A DNA stretch of 64,000 bases from Octopus sinensis (lineage: Eukaryota), in assembly GCF_006345805.1 (NCBI RefSeq), contig NC_042997.1, positions 166,408,001 to 166,472,000 of the forward strand, in the 5' to 3' direction. Shown piece by piece: positions 38,891 to 51,884 of this stretch; position 1 is the first letter of the stretch; each line of letters starts with the position of its first letter. The notes beneath the pieces are model-generated. The model made no database searches. It was not told the DNA's origin and saw nothing but the letters and a program-made list of their open reading frames with translations. The position numbers were made by a program, and so were the translations under genes.

Positions 38891-39232
38891 ACAATATCAT
38901 AAATAATAATTTAGAGCAAAAACAAAAAACAACATTTTAAGTCACTTATTGTCTGACAATACATGACTTGTACACAAAGACAACACAATTTATAAGAAAA
39001 ACAAAAAAAAGGGGTTTGGAATCAAGCAGTAAAAGAATTGTGGGGAGTAACAAGTTGTACTAAACAGCATGTTCAGCTATGCCTTGCAAAGGCACTGCCA
39101 CAGAGAATGGCCAGCAACACCACCTTGCAGGGCTCATTTCTCAGACAAGCTGCTGTTATCCTGATTTTATGAAGGAAATCAACAGTGCTGGGTCTGAGAA
39201 CACCTAAGGTCTCTTAAAGATGGAACTTGCAG

Positions 39233-39423
39233 CATTCCCATGAGATATCCAAGCACTATGGATGCTTTGGAAAATGATTTGGAAAAATGGCTATTTTCCA
39301 TCATCACTTCTATCAAAAATGTTCTGATGCACTTCATTTCTTGGTCTGGGTATTTCTTACCAGAACTTGGCTTTCTAAATTTAGCAAATTGCATCCATGA
39401 TGCTTGGATATCTCATGGGAATG
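39233..39423. repeat. 33-bp inverted repeat with 125-bp spacer
   Basis: cattcccatgagatatccaagcactatggatgc (39233-39265) versus gcatccatgatgcttggatatctcatgggaatg (39391-39423); 31/33 complementary. Confidence 0.85.
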
Positions 39424-40724
39424 TTTAAGACCACCTTTTGGATGTCTTTAGCAGACCAGGCTCCCAGCAATCTTATAATAAGCCATTTATATTTCTATAG
39501 ATACCAAAGAATACTGAGCTGCTGGACAATTTTCCCCTTTAAAATAAATGCCAAATTATGTTTAAGCATTTTCCCAACAAAATAGTGGTTTGATTAGAGA
39601 AAAATCATTATCATCATCATCATTTAATGTTCATCTTCAATGCTGGTATGGGTAGGGGAATTCAACAGGCTCCAATGAGCTGGAGAATTGTGTCAGCTGC
39701 AATATCTGCTTTAGCATGGTTTCTATGGTTGGATGTCCTTCCAAATACTACCACTTTACAGAGTGTACTGAGTGCTTTTTTGTGGCACAGGCACTAATGA
39801 GGTTGCTAAGTAATTTGCAAGACAAAGAAAATGAACTTTGACTAAGTGGGCATGTGGTAGATGAGATAGTTTTATGCTAAAGCTGGCTTGGTTGAATGCT
39901 TTGTTGTGAGGTTACATTGATAGACTTTCAGAACTGTTTCTGGTGAAGGCCCACAATTTATAAGCAGTTGGTTTCAAGAAATTTCTCAAGAAATTTCTCA
40001 GAAATTAGTACAACATCAAAGGGTTACACTCACCATCATTAAACAAGTCTTCAACTAGAAAGATCCAACAGAATCACTTATAAAATAATCAAGTCATTAA
40101 CTGGGAAAGGCTAACAATGGACAAAAGAAATTCAGAATGTTTTCGCTCTTCAAGAACATTCTTCATTCATGAAAGACAGCCCCATCTGTTCTATTCTTAA
40201 TTAGTCTGTTACATGATATGCTTCCATATAATGAAATCCTTATGAGAGAGAAAAAAAGAGAGAGAGAGAGAGAGAGAGAAAAAGAGCACAGATAGTAACG
40301 ATAATAAAGCAAAATACTATGTTGATTGTAAAACCAAGTGCTCAGAAACATACACAGGTGATATGGTTACATTAACAAGAGGAAGGGTGGATTGATTTGG
40401 GACATACCTCTTGATGAATTAAAAATATTCACACACACACTACATTGGTTGTTAAGTTTGTAACAAGGAAATACAAGATGTCCTGCTAGTACGGGTTCTA
40501 CCAAAAACTTGAACATGAATAGAGTTTACTAAATGATTCAACCAATGAAAATGACAACAAGCATGACAAGGTGTTGCAAGCAGTAAACATGGCCAGGAAT
40601 CAGAGACTACATATGTCTACCAGTAATCAGATAGTCTTTAATGTGAATGCAATTGTAAATTATGAAAACTTAGGAAAGATATGCTATCAATATGATATTA
40701 ATATTAATACATGCTATTAAGGTA

Positions 40725-40925
40725 ATGAGTTGGCAGAGTCAATAGTATGCTGGACAGAATGCTTATTAGCATTTCGTTTGTCTTTACATTCTGAGTTCAA
40801 ATTTCACTAAGGTTGACTTTGCCTTTCATCCCTTTGGGTTAAAAAAATAAGTATCACTGGGGTTGATGTAATCAATTTAGCTCCTTCATTGAACTTGCTG
40901 GCCTTGAGCCAAAATTTGAAACCAA
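40725..40925 (+). mobile_element. SINE family B
   Basis: gagttggcagagtc...ctgagttcaaatttcactaaggttgactttgcctttcatcc...ccaaaatttgaaacc. Confidence 0.8.
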
Positions 40926-40937
40926 CATGCTATTAAT

Positions 40938-41548
40938 CATCATTGTTTAACATCTGTTTTCCATGCTGGCATGGGTTGGACAGTTTGACTGAGGTCAGGA
41001 GAGCCAGCGGCTGCACCAGGCCCCAATCTGATCTGGCAATGTTTCTACAGCTGGATGCCTTTCCTAATGCCAACCACTCTGAGAGTGTAGTGGGTGCTTT
41101 TTACGTGCCACTGGTACAGGAGCCAGTCAAGTGGGCCTGGCGTTGATCATGTTCAGATAGTGAATTTATGTGCCACCAGCATGGGGGCCAGTCAAGGGGT
41201 CTGCCACATTCAGTTTGCTGCTTTTTATGTGCCACCGGTATGGGAGCTAGTCAGATGAACCTGGCATCAACCACATTTGGATGGTGCTTTTTATGTGTCA
41301 CCAGCATGGGAGCCAGTCAGGGGTCACTGGCCACAGCTACGATATTGGTTTTACTTGACTTAACAGGTCTTCTCAAGCATATCATATCACATGATACATC
41401 AGGGGTACTCTTAACTGGGCTGGACATGCATGGCTGAGATCTCACTTTAGTTGCCAGGTCTTCTCAATTACAGCATATCTCCAAAGGTCTCCGTCTCTTG
41501 TCATTGCCTTTGTGAGGCCCAATGTTCGAAGGTCATGCTTCACCACAT
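40938..41548 (-). mobile_element. RTE LINE 3' end: ORF2 C-terminus plus complete 3'UTR with four tandem units (family C)
   Basis: The - strand encodes VVKHDLRTLGLTKAMTRDGDLWRYAVIEKT, homologous to the end of copy B near 18500, followed by the tandem-unit UTR and (GAT) tail. Confidence 0.88.
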
Positions 41549-42007
41549 ATATATTAATATATGCTATTAATATTAATATGGTAGTTTAACACACTTCCCT
41601 TGATTTACATGCTTATTATATTATCTGATTCAACCTGGTGGTTAAAAGATTATTACTACTTAATATGGCTGTTAAATCTATGAACGGAGTTTGGTTATTG
41701 AGCATGGCAGATATATTGACGAATCTCACGTGAGTGGTTCTTTGATTTAGCTATTTCCAGCCAATCAAATCACTTTTTTTCGGTTCAAGTCACATCTACA
41801 GACAGACATGTTCTTTTTAAGTGACTTTGAGCAGTGAACAGTTGCTATTTTCAGTTGGCACCTAAAACTTACATAGAAAAGAATCTAGCCATTTTTAAAT
41901 ACACATACAGGCATGTTAGTTAACAGAGCATAGATGCCTCACTGCTGTCAGACATTTTGTTAGTCAGTGGCCAATCAAGACACTAGCCGTTCAATCTTAT
42001 CAGTATT

Positions 42008-42225
42008 TATTTCTTTACTACCCACAGAAGGGACAAACAAGGACAGACAAATGGATTAAGTCGATTACATCAACCCCAGTGCGTAACTGGTACTTAATTT
42101 ATCGACCCCGAAAGGATGAAAGGCAAAGTCGCCCTCGGCGGAATTTGAACTCGGAATGTAACGGCAGACGAAATACGGCTACGCATTTCGCCAGGCGTGC
42201 TAACGTTTTTGCCAGCTCGCTGCCT
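42008..42225 (-). mobile_element. Young SINE family B with 17-bp TSD
   Basis: TSD tcaatcttatcagtatt at 41991-42007 and 42226-42242; CpGs intact. Confidence 0.93.
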
Positions 42226-42591
42226 TCAATCTTATCAGTATTGATACTAGATGCTATAGCGGTTGTCTTCAGAACTACACCTTATATCTTCTTTGAGTTT
42301 GGAAATATCAATGTTATCCAAAAACTGACCACATGACAAGCAGCAGGAGTCCAATGAATCAACTCAAATGTCGAATGACAGTTCCTTTCAAAATCAAATG
42401 CACAAACAACTCAAGAAGCATTTCACAAAATAAATGACCAGGTATTTCCGGCTCTTTAATTAAAAACATTTCAATTATTCTTCTCATACTGGTTCAACTA
42501 CTATTTGATTCTCACATCCCATTATTTCACAGCTATAACAGTTATGTATTGTGTATTTGTTTACAAATGCATTATGTTAAAATGTAAACAA

Positions 42592-42753
42592 AGGTGCAGG
42601 AGTGGCTGTGAGGTAAGAACCTTGCTTCCCAACCATATAGTTCCCAGCTGAGTTCCACTGTGTGACACCTTGAGCAAGTGTCTTCTACTGTAGCTTCGGG
42701 TTAACCAAAACCTTGTGAGTAGATTTAGTAGATGGAAACTGAAAGATGCCCAT

Positions 42754-42846
<93 letters not shown>

Positions 42847-43058
42847 GTATGTATTAGTGTCTGTGTTTGTCCCCACCACCATCACTTGATAATCGATGTT
42901 GGTGTGTTTATGTCCCCATAACTTAGTTGTTCGACAAAAGAGACTGATAAAATAAGTACTAGGCTTACAAAGAATAAGTCCCTGGGGTCGATTTCTTCGA
43001 CTAAAAGTGGTGCTGCAGCACGGCCGCAGTCAAATGACTGAAACAAGGAAAAGAATAA
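42592..43058 (+). mobile_element. SINE family A with expanded internal (TA)n
   Basis: Family A head and tail with a long (TA)n at about 42755-42850. Confidence 0.88.
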
Positions 43059-44115
43059 AACTTACTGCCCATTGTCTATTTTGTACACAGACACATTTCT
43101 GTTGTGTATCAATAAGCTTGTGTATTCTGTATTTCACATGCCAGCATATCATCATTCTCAGTCAAATGTATTTAAATATTTTAGTACTACTTGACTCTTG
43201 TCTGAGGTGTTGTTCAATCAGAAATCCCTTCTGTTATATATTTATTACATACTAGTGGAATCCATTAAATATTCAGAAGTTTCTATTCTATTTAAATATA
43301 ATCATTACTCAGTAAAAAAAAACATTCTAACTACCCTTGTTTTAAAGTTAATATTTGCATTTCTACAAGGCAACTGTAATGGTGGAGTCAGATTTCACAA
43401 GGCCGCTACTTTCATAAATGTCACCATTATTACATGCTTAATCATTAAAATTCTACAAGAGCATCAAGAGGTAAAAGACCTTTTGCAACCATGATTGTTT
43501 TGGATAAATATAGTGGTGAGATAATGTTGAACTTTGAAAAAGCACTTTAAAGGGATCTATTACGTAGGGGTCCCTTAAATCAACTATCTTTCAATTTATA
43601 TCGAATCAACATATCCATATGGTAATATTTGATATACAAGAGGGAGTGTAGGCGGTCAATAAAATTTTCAAAAATTTAAATGTCTACAAATATCATTGAC
43701 AAAATCCATCTTAGAGTTCCCAAAGAAGTGTAAACACCAGCACTCACAGTTTAATAAGTCACTAAGAGAAGGAAATCTTCCATTAGAATGTAAAATTACA
43801 GCTGTGACAGTTAATTTATAAGAAATTGGAGACATAAAGAGAGAGACTAGTAATTACAAACAAGTGTCATTAATGTCACAAGTAGCCAAGATACTCAAAA
43901 CTATCGTAAAAGAAAAGATGACAAGCATGATAAGCTTTCTCATCAAGAATAACTGTCTGACATTTGTATCTGGAAGGAAATCCACAAATCTGTTGGAAAC
44001 ATTGGAAGGCTTAACACAGACATACAATGACAGTAAAAGATTCAATACAGTTTATAGAAATCACACAGAACTGATATTCAAAGAAATGTCTTGACATGGA
44101 TTGAAGATTTCTTAA

Positions 44116-44335
44116 CCCTTCCGTTACTGTATTTATTCTGAGATGCTCTGTGTTTCTTTCAATTACTTTAAATATAACAAAGAATTTAGTAAAATAACTT
44201 AGTTATCATTCAGCTAGTGTTAGGAACATAAATTGTGACTAAGGTTTGGTGGAAGATTTTAATTCAAAACTTATGAAAACAAGACATTTGTACTCAGAGC
44301 CAGAGCAGGTTTCAGCTGGGTTGGTAACGAAAGGG
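44116..44335. mobile_element. piggyBac-type MITE, second family
   Basis: TTAA at 44112-44115 and 44336-44339; TIRs cccttccgttac / gtaacgaaaggg. Confidence 0.85.
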
Positions 44336-45629
44336 TTAATATATAAACAGTTTCTATAAGTTAAGTGAAACAAGATCGAATTGGCAAAATGTAATCAGCA
44401 GGGGTACTCCATGGACCAGTTTCAGGGTTCCAAATTTTTGTTTTGAGATATTTTGTGATGTTATGAGTTGAAATAGCAGTCAAGGTGGAGAATGGAGATG
44501 ACAAGCCATATGTAGGGGTCCTTCCTTTTCTCACTGGAAGTTGGTTAGAAAAAAGGGCTGAATGAAGAAAGAAAACAATCTCCGTGCAGAACCAACATTC
44601 CACCTGCTTCCTTGTTGCAATGGAACCTGCTGCTTCTTTCTCTTGTGGTTAAGATAAAGATGAATTGTTTTTCCTTGGCTTCACAAGGAAAAACACCTTT
44701 CACAAGGGCGAAACTGAGCTCTGGTAGAGTTGTGTTTATGGATGTGCATGCACTAAGGAAAACCATGCAATTTACTTCCTTCTAAAGACACTTCCATTAC
44801 CCGTCACCCCGCTCTCTGCATCTCTTCCTTGACACCACTTACTTTTCTTACTATCAAGAAACATTTCACTTGTTAACCACCTTTCATCCATTAATACTGT
44901 TCTCTCCACTCACATTTTCAACGATCACCTCACCACCACCACCACACTGAACCACCAATTATCTCTCTTCTCCAACCACCATATACTTCTCATTCTTTCC
45001 ATGCACTATGCTTGCCTCTTTTTCTCATCCATCTCCACAACCAACATTATACCTCTCTCATACTTCTCTTGCCTACTGTTTCATCATTACTCTACTGCTG
45101 CTCTGCACTGACAGTCATCTCCTGCTCCCCTAATTCCTGGTCCTTCTGCCCCACCATTTCTACTCATCTTGTACCTTGAAGGTCCACTCTGACACCTCAC
45201 CACAATTATTTAGTTTTTAATAATTTTTCCCCACTCCACTTGATCACTTCCACTCTCTCTTCAAACATATGAGTAGTCCTGTATCTCCCTAACTGCAAGA
45301 AACCTGTCCTGCTCTGTCCCACCACATCTCTCACACTTTTATCCATTTTTTAACTCCTCATCACTTAGCATAAAGCTGTTCCCTTGGAGTTCATAATCTT
45401 GTAAACTGCACAGTAGCTTCACAGGCGCTAGTGGTACAAAAAATAGCACCCAGTACATGCTGGTAAAATGGCTGGCATTAGAAAACCATGTAGAAATCAT
45501 GCTTATGTAGATACTGGAGCATGATGTAGTCCTTGGGCCCACTGGATCCTGTCAAACTACCCATACATGCCAATATGGAACATGGATGTTAAATGGTGAT
45601 GCTTATATAATCATTGAATCTTTTGTTAC

Positions 45630-46012
45630 AGAGTAGGGTGCTAAGAGCACCATCCAAACGTAACCGTTGCCAGAGCGGCTAACTGGCTTCCGTGTTGGTG
45701 ACACGTAAAAGGCACCATTCGAACGTGATCGTTACCAGCGTCGCCTTATTGGCACTTGTGCTGGTGGCACGTGTAAAAGCATTCGAGCGAGGTCGTTGCC
45801 AGTACCGCCTGACTGGCTCCCGTGCCGGTGACACGTAAAAGCACCCACTACACTCTTGGAGTGGTTGGCGTTAGGAAGGGTATCCAGCTGTAAAAACTCT
45901 GCCAGATTAAGATCGGAGCTTGGTGCAGCCAACTGGTTCGCCAGCCATCAGTCAAATCGTCCAACCCATGCTAGCATGGAAAGCGCACGTTAAACGATGG
46001 TGATGATGATGA
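45630..46012 (+). mobile_element. RTE 3'-end (family C) with three tandem units
   Basis: Repeated gtgc(c/t)ggtg(g/a)cacgtaaaagca units, conserved body and (GAT)n tail. Confidence 0.88.
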
Positions 46013-48037
46013 AATGCAAGATTTTTGTTGATGAAGCAAAAAATAGATGTTTACAAACAGTGGATCTTTACAAAATATGGGTGGAGGCACTACACTAGAG
46101 AGAGATTTAAATAGACTGGAGAAGGGGGTCAAAGGGAACGAATACCATTTTTTAATGTTGAAAAATGTATAGTTATGTACAGAGGAAATGGTAACTTGAG
46201 GTAGTAGTATGCAATGAATGGGAAATCTTTAACAACAACAGATCAGGACAAACGAAGAAAAAATGGGAATACATATAATTTCGAATTTTAAAATGGCTAA
46301 TCATGTAATAAAAAGTAGAAGCAAGTTAACTGTTGAAAGAGTCCAGCGAAAAACAAAAAAGGAAAAAAAACCCACCAGAATTGAAATCTGTCTTTTGAAG
46401 AGAGATATAAAAATCTAGACACTACAATTTTAGAGGCAGCAAAGAGAAGACACAACAAAGTCTCAAGTTATCTTGTGTGCCAAAAACATGTTATTTCCTT
46501 GGATCGGTGGGTTTTAAGCATTAAAAAAAATGTAGGGGGGTAGGGTTCATCTCACGCCTGTCGTAAATTTTCAACTTTAGCTACTTCTAATCTTTTAAAA
46601 TTTTATCTATGTTATGTTTAATTTTGAAGAAACATTATCTCGCATGCTTAAAACAGAAACCTGAAAAACAAATTTTCAAAAGAAAAGCATAGCTGAAAAG
46701 TTGTGGAAAATAGGGGGACACTGCCTTTTTTTAACCTTATTTCTCTCCTTATTTATTTATTTTTTAAACAGATTCGGTTTCGAGCGTACTAGATTATTAT
46801 CAACTCTGCAGGAATGCCAAGGAGACATTATAGAAGCATTTGAAAAGAAAGAAAACTATTTTCCTTCAAAGAACTATTTAGTGAATGGAACAGTTTGCTG
46901 GGTTACGTAATAAAAACAACAGTAAATCACTCTAAAGAGAAATATGACAAATACTTTTGACAGGTAACATATACCACAATTCGTGTTACTTTACATCTTG
47001 AAAATATTCTATTGCAGATTCTTAACGACAGAGTACCCCCATTTGATGAGGAGTGGAGGTGAGCAGAGAGTACTGCGTTTAGTGATTCTCGTAAAACTTT
47101 ATCAGCTGGTATTGTTTTCTCCAAACGTATGGGTTTGTACCTGTATAAGAAATCCTTTCGGGATTCAGAAAATAACTACCTGCCAAGAACTGGGATCGAG
47201 TTAATCGACTGTATTACTCACACCAAATTTTCAGCCTTATGTTCTTGTAGATAACATTAATAAAAATGTAATTCTTACATTATAAATACTGTCCCGCCCG
47301 TTACATATATATAGTGAGTTCAAATCCAGCTGAGGCCGACTTTGTTCTTTATTCTCCAGTGGCCGATAGACAAAGTACGAGTCAAGAGTTGGGACAATGA
47401 AATCAGCAGGATCGTATTTGTGTAAGAAAATTATTAAAGCAACGGAGCGACATAATCAATAAGGGCATGGTAAAAAACAAAAAAAAACAAAAAACAAAAA
47501 AAAAACTTTGCGATATTTCTGTTATAGTCTAAGTTCAAATCCAACTGTAGGTAATAACTATTGATAGAGTGTGGAAACATTAAACAATTAGATCTGCCCC
47601 TAAATTTTCGATCATTGTGCCAAGGATAGAAGTTATTGTTAAAAGGGCACATTAGACGACAGAAACGATACGATGACGATTTGTGCTCCGGAGTATAAAT
47701 GCCGTCAGAGTCGGCAAAATAAGCACCAGTAATGCATTAAGGTTCGATTAAGTCACATATTCATCCTCACCCCTAATTTGTGGTTTTGTACTGAACAATA
47801 TAAGAAATAATTATATTAATACAAAAATATCGGTATCCATAATATACAAATATATATTGCCGTGTCATCATTATATACATATATGTATATTTTTTTTCAT
47901 TTGTCTTGCTTATTTTTTACACTTTGGTTTTGTGCTGAGTTTTTTCTTGAGAACACATTCTTCGTGGAAAATAGCGATTTTGACGTCTATATCTAGCATA
48001 TTGACCGTCCACTTTTAGTGGTCAGTCCTTTAAATTT

Positions 48038-48077
<40 letters not shown>

Positions 48078-48402
48078 ACAGTATCAAAATCAGACACACA
48101 TTTACATATAAACACACACATTTACATATAAATACATATTTACATATACACATACATACACTCACGCATGTATACATAAACACACACACTCGCGCACATA
48201 CATCACATATCATACATTATCAGTACTTAATTTTCCATATGTCTGCACATTTTTTAATGTTTATATTATAAATGAAAAGAGTACCGTTATAGCAATATAT
48301 ATATATTTTTTTCTTACAATGAAAATAAACTTTACATGGCAGTTGTAATTGGAGAATCAAACAAGTGTTGTATATATAATTAGTAATATGGCTGTCACAG
48401 AC

Positions 48403-48476
48403 CTGCTGAAACATCGAGGGAACGGTGGAAGACCCTGGGTAGAAACTGTTGACCGGTTATTGGTATTCCAGTCCAT
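48403..48476 (-). CDS. FAM89A: FAM89A/LURAP-family protein, coding exon 1 (MDWNTNNRSTVSTQGLPPFPRCFS-R)
   Basis: GLPPFPRCFS matches the recalled FAM89A N-terminal GLPPLPKSLS; phase-2 donor AG|gtctgt fits the exon 2 acceptor. Total 594 nt = 197 aa plus stop. Confidence 0.8.
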
Positions 48477-48639
48477 GATGAAATCAAGTTAAAACACGCA
48501 GTAACTATAACAAAATAAATTACTACAGTAATATAAAACAGGAATATTAAAATAAGTTTTTCTTCTATAATTGGTGGGTGATACAAGTTGCGTATCCCAG
48601 AAAGTTTAGCCTGGTTTCTTTTCTTTGGCGTATGCAAAG

Positions 48640-48770
48640 TAGGTGGGAGGGGTTTCGTAAAGACTCCGGTTTTGGTGACTTGGTGAAGCCGGACAAACAC
48701 TACTTCCGCCACCTAGTGCCAGTTGTCGCAACTGACACTAACTTCGTGTATTCGGGTGTGAGAAATTTTC
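48640..48770. promoter_or_regulatory. Probable FAM89-like promoter: CpG-retaining, with an ETS-type site
   Basis: ACTTCCG (reverse complement CGGAAGT) at 48702-48708, about 230 nt upstream of the ATG, in a CpG-rich patch. Confidence 0.5.
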
Positions 48771-49935
48771 TTGAGAAGTATAAAATAGGCCATTGATACA
48801 AGTCTCCAAGTGTAATAAAGAATTCATTATTATAGGGGGTTGTGTTGTATGTAACTCGCTTGTCTTTTGTTACAAAACGTTTTTCTTGCTATTCATTAAA
48901 TGCTTAACGTGAACATTAATTGATCGTCAAAGATTGTGCTTTATTAATCAAATACTGCAAGTCTTTGTAAAGTTATTCGCTTCAACAGCTGGTTCTTCCT
49001 AATTTTGTTCAAGTACATTATGAGCATCATCATCATTTAATTATCCATCCTCCATGTTAGCATGGGTTGGAATTTTAAGGAATAATGTATTTTTATATGT
49101 TTTTATTTCTCTAGTTCACAATGGGTTGGAAGAGTGTGTAAATTTAGATATTTGCATCAAGTAAGTTGTGTAATGTTGCTAGAACACCATATCTACATTA
49201 CTGCAAGATTCAGTTGTTAGAATATTTAACATTATCACCTGTATCAATCAAACTGTTAGATGTTTTACACTGGTGATAAGTGCTTCCAATTTTTTCTTGT
49301 GTCCTTTTCCATCTTCACAGAAGTTATTTAATTAAATTATTTTTCCATTATTGTGGAGACTTTCTGTGAAACGTTTTCTCATCTCTTGGATACCACTCAA
49401 TAACTGCACAGGTCCATTTGTTGTTAGTGAACCTTGCAACATTGCCTGCCCAGTTGTGATATGGCTATCTCAGATCAGCAGCAGACCATGCTGACAGAGG
49501 TGGACACCTATAGCTCAGCAATAGGCCATAAAACAAACAGCATAGAAACAAAATACATGCTGTCAGAAAACATGAAACAGAGGTGGAGAAGTGATGAAAT
49601 CAAGGAGGTATAGAAGTATGCCTGTTTGGAGCATACTGTTAATATGTACCAAGACCTGGGTACTGAAATCTCAAGAATAAGGGAAAGATGGAAGGTGTTT
49701 AAATCAATATAAGATGTGCTCAAAACAAAGCAGGGCAAGACCCTGTGTACTAGTCTCTTCAGTGACACTGTCCTACATGCACTCATATACACTAGTGAGA
49801 CATGTAATCAAAGAAGAATATTGATTGGCTATAACACAGGGTCATGGAAAGTGCCATAATAAGAATATCATTTTGAGAGCATAACTGAAATGAAGTAAGT
49901 TGAGAAAAGAATGATCGCAGAACTTATTGCATAAG

Positions 49936-50160
49936 GTGGCGAGCTGGCAGAAACGTTAGCACACCAGGCAAAATGTTCAGCAGTTTTTCGTCCGCCGTTA
50001 CGTTCTAAGTTCAAATTCTGCCGAGGTTGACTTTGCCTTTCATCCTTTCGGGGTTGATAAATTAAGTACCAGTTACGTACTGGGATTGATGTAATCGACT
50101 TAATCCGTTTGCCTGTCCTTGTTTGTACCTTCTATGTTTATTGTGGGCAATAAAGAAATA
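49936..50160 (+). mobile_element. Young SINE family B with 17-bp TSD, directly upstream of an older copy (about 50180-50395)
   Basis: TSD agaacttattgcataag at 49919-49935 and 50161-50177. Confidence 0.92.
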
Positions 50161-50414
50161 AGAACTTATTGCATAAGCAGCAAGCTGGCAGAATTGTTAG
50201 CACACTGGGCAAAATGCTCATCAGCATTTTGTCTGTCTTTGCATTCTGAGTTCAAATTCCACCAAGGTCATCTTTGCCTTTCATCCTTTTGGGGTTGATA
50301 AAATAAGTACCAGTTGAACACTGGGGTTGATGTAATTGACATACTCCCTCCCCAAAATTGCTGGCCTTATGCCTAAGTTTGAAATCAATATTACAACTAT
50401 TGCAATAAGCCTCT

Positions 50415-50753
50415 GAGACCCTCCTTCGGTTACAACACAGACCGTGGGATTGCACTTAGAAAGTTACCTTCCCAAACATAAGTCAGGGCAAGGTTATTTA
50501 TAGAAGACCAGCAGTCACCCATGCATACCGGCCTCTCCTCTCCATACCACCAGTGTTGTCCAAGGGAAAGGCAACGGCCGATACAGCTTAGCACCTGTGA
50601 CGTTGCAACTAATTTCTACAGCTGAGTGAACTGGAGCAACGTGAAATAAAATGTCTTGCTCAAGAACACAACACGCAGCCCGGTCCGGGATTCGAGCTCA
50701 CAACCTCATGATCGTAAGCTTGACACTCTAACCACTGAGCCATGCGACTTCAC
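50415..50753 (-). mobile_element. SINE family D
   Basis: - strand head gtgaagtcgcatggctcagtggttagagtg...gagctcgaatcccggacc with CORE-like ttgagcaagacattttatttcac. Confidence 0.88.
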
Positions 50754-51884
50754 TAGTAAGCCTCTATACAGTTTATAATTCTACTCATGACCAGTTAGCC
50801 TAGCCAACAGAAACATTTCTTTTTTATTCACTAGTGGGGTTTGCAGGAGGAAGAGCAACTTGATGTTAGCACATGCTCTAACGATATACAAATGTACAAA
50901 TTTGTGAAATCACTATCACCTGTATATGTATGACAGAAAGTACAATTGAGCAAAGTAAGAAAATATCTGGTCTTTTTCCAGGATGTTGAAGCTGACTTGT
51001 AGGTTAGATTTGTGGAGATAGATAAAAGTAGACGGGTTCTTTTTTTAGTTAGTATCCTACAACAGGACACCTTAATTACAAAATCAAAATAAATATCTAT
51101 TTTCAAGGCAAGAGATTTTATTATAGTGATTACTATATCCCAACTTTTATTATATTCTTTGTTTCTTTTCTTAACTAGAATTTTTTTAATGAGAAAGAAG
51201 ATAATTTATAAAGATTAACAGTAAAAATAATTTTAAAAAACTCCCAGAAAATATGTAATTAGTAGAGAAATAAGCAAAATGAAGAAGTATGCACATGTTT
51301 TCAATAATATACCTCACCAGGTTTTAAATAAAGCATTTAGTATCAAATTTTGAGAGGAAAATACAGTAAGGATAATGAGAAGGGGTGCATTAAATGAGTT
51401 TGTGTTGACAGAACACAGTTGGAAAGTTTGAAGAAGTTATGACAGGTTTTCTTTATAACTTATCCAGGCTGTGCCCCTGAATTTTGCAGGATCTCTGACT
51501 AGAGAGATCAATGCAGTTTATATTCAGCTTAAACATCTACAAGTTGATGTCTGCAGGAAAAAATGTGGGCATGGAAGAAATTCCGGAGAGAGTAGGAGGG
51601 TCAGGTGGGAATGGGTGGAGGCAGAAAGCAGTTAACTGTTTCAGGAATACAGAGTCCTTTGCAGTCACAATGAAATATGCAATGAGTGGAGTAAGAAAGT
51701 CTGTGGGCCAGTTATTGTAATGTGTTGGTGAGTAAATCTTAGCTAATCAGTAGGCTGGTCTTCTTTTGGGTGCTGTTGAGGTTGTTTGTGTAACAACTGC
51801 AGTGTCCAGATGTGGGAGTAGTACTCTGTTTGTAGGCTAGTAGTTGCAACATTCTGGTGTGTGTAAGGTTACCGCACAGATATT

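Larger units (their letters stand above)
43700..46330 (+). pseudogene. Highly decayed CR1-type RT relic split by later insertions
   Basis: NYKQVSLMSQVAKILKTIV...KSTNLLETLE at about 43850-44050, and FVDEAK...RDLNRLEK...FNVEKCIVMY at about 46020-46250. Confidence 0.5.

Noticed and set aside
41095-41310. CRISPR-like repeat/spacer appearance of the ~58-bp tandem units (also 45660-45845, 51890-52045, 53575-53785, 61930-62110)
   Set aside because: The linkers are homologous to each other, the array belongs to an RTE LINE 3'UTR, the genome is eukaryotic, and no cas genes are present.
42685-42921. ORFs with YIYI, LSLS or poly-Y/N/F runs here and elsewhere (e.g. 115-300, 32105-32407, 54371-54574, 61047-61298)
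   Set aside because: Translations of microsatellites and homopolymers.
50831-51106. 91-aa - strand ORF with a plausible acceptor near 51070
   Set aside because: No recognisable motif, no linking exons or promoter identified, and competing splice-like signals on the + strand. It cannot be supported without RNA data.
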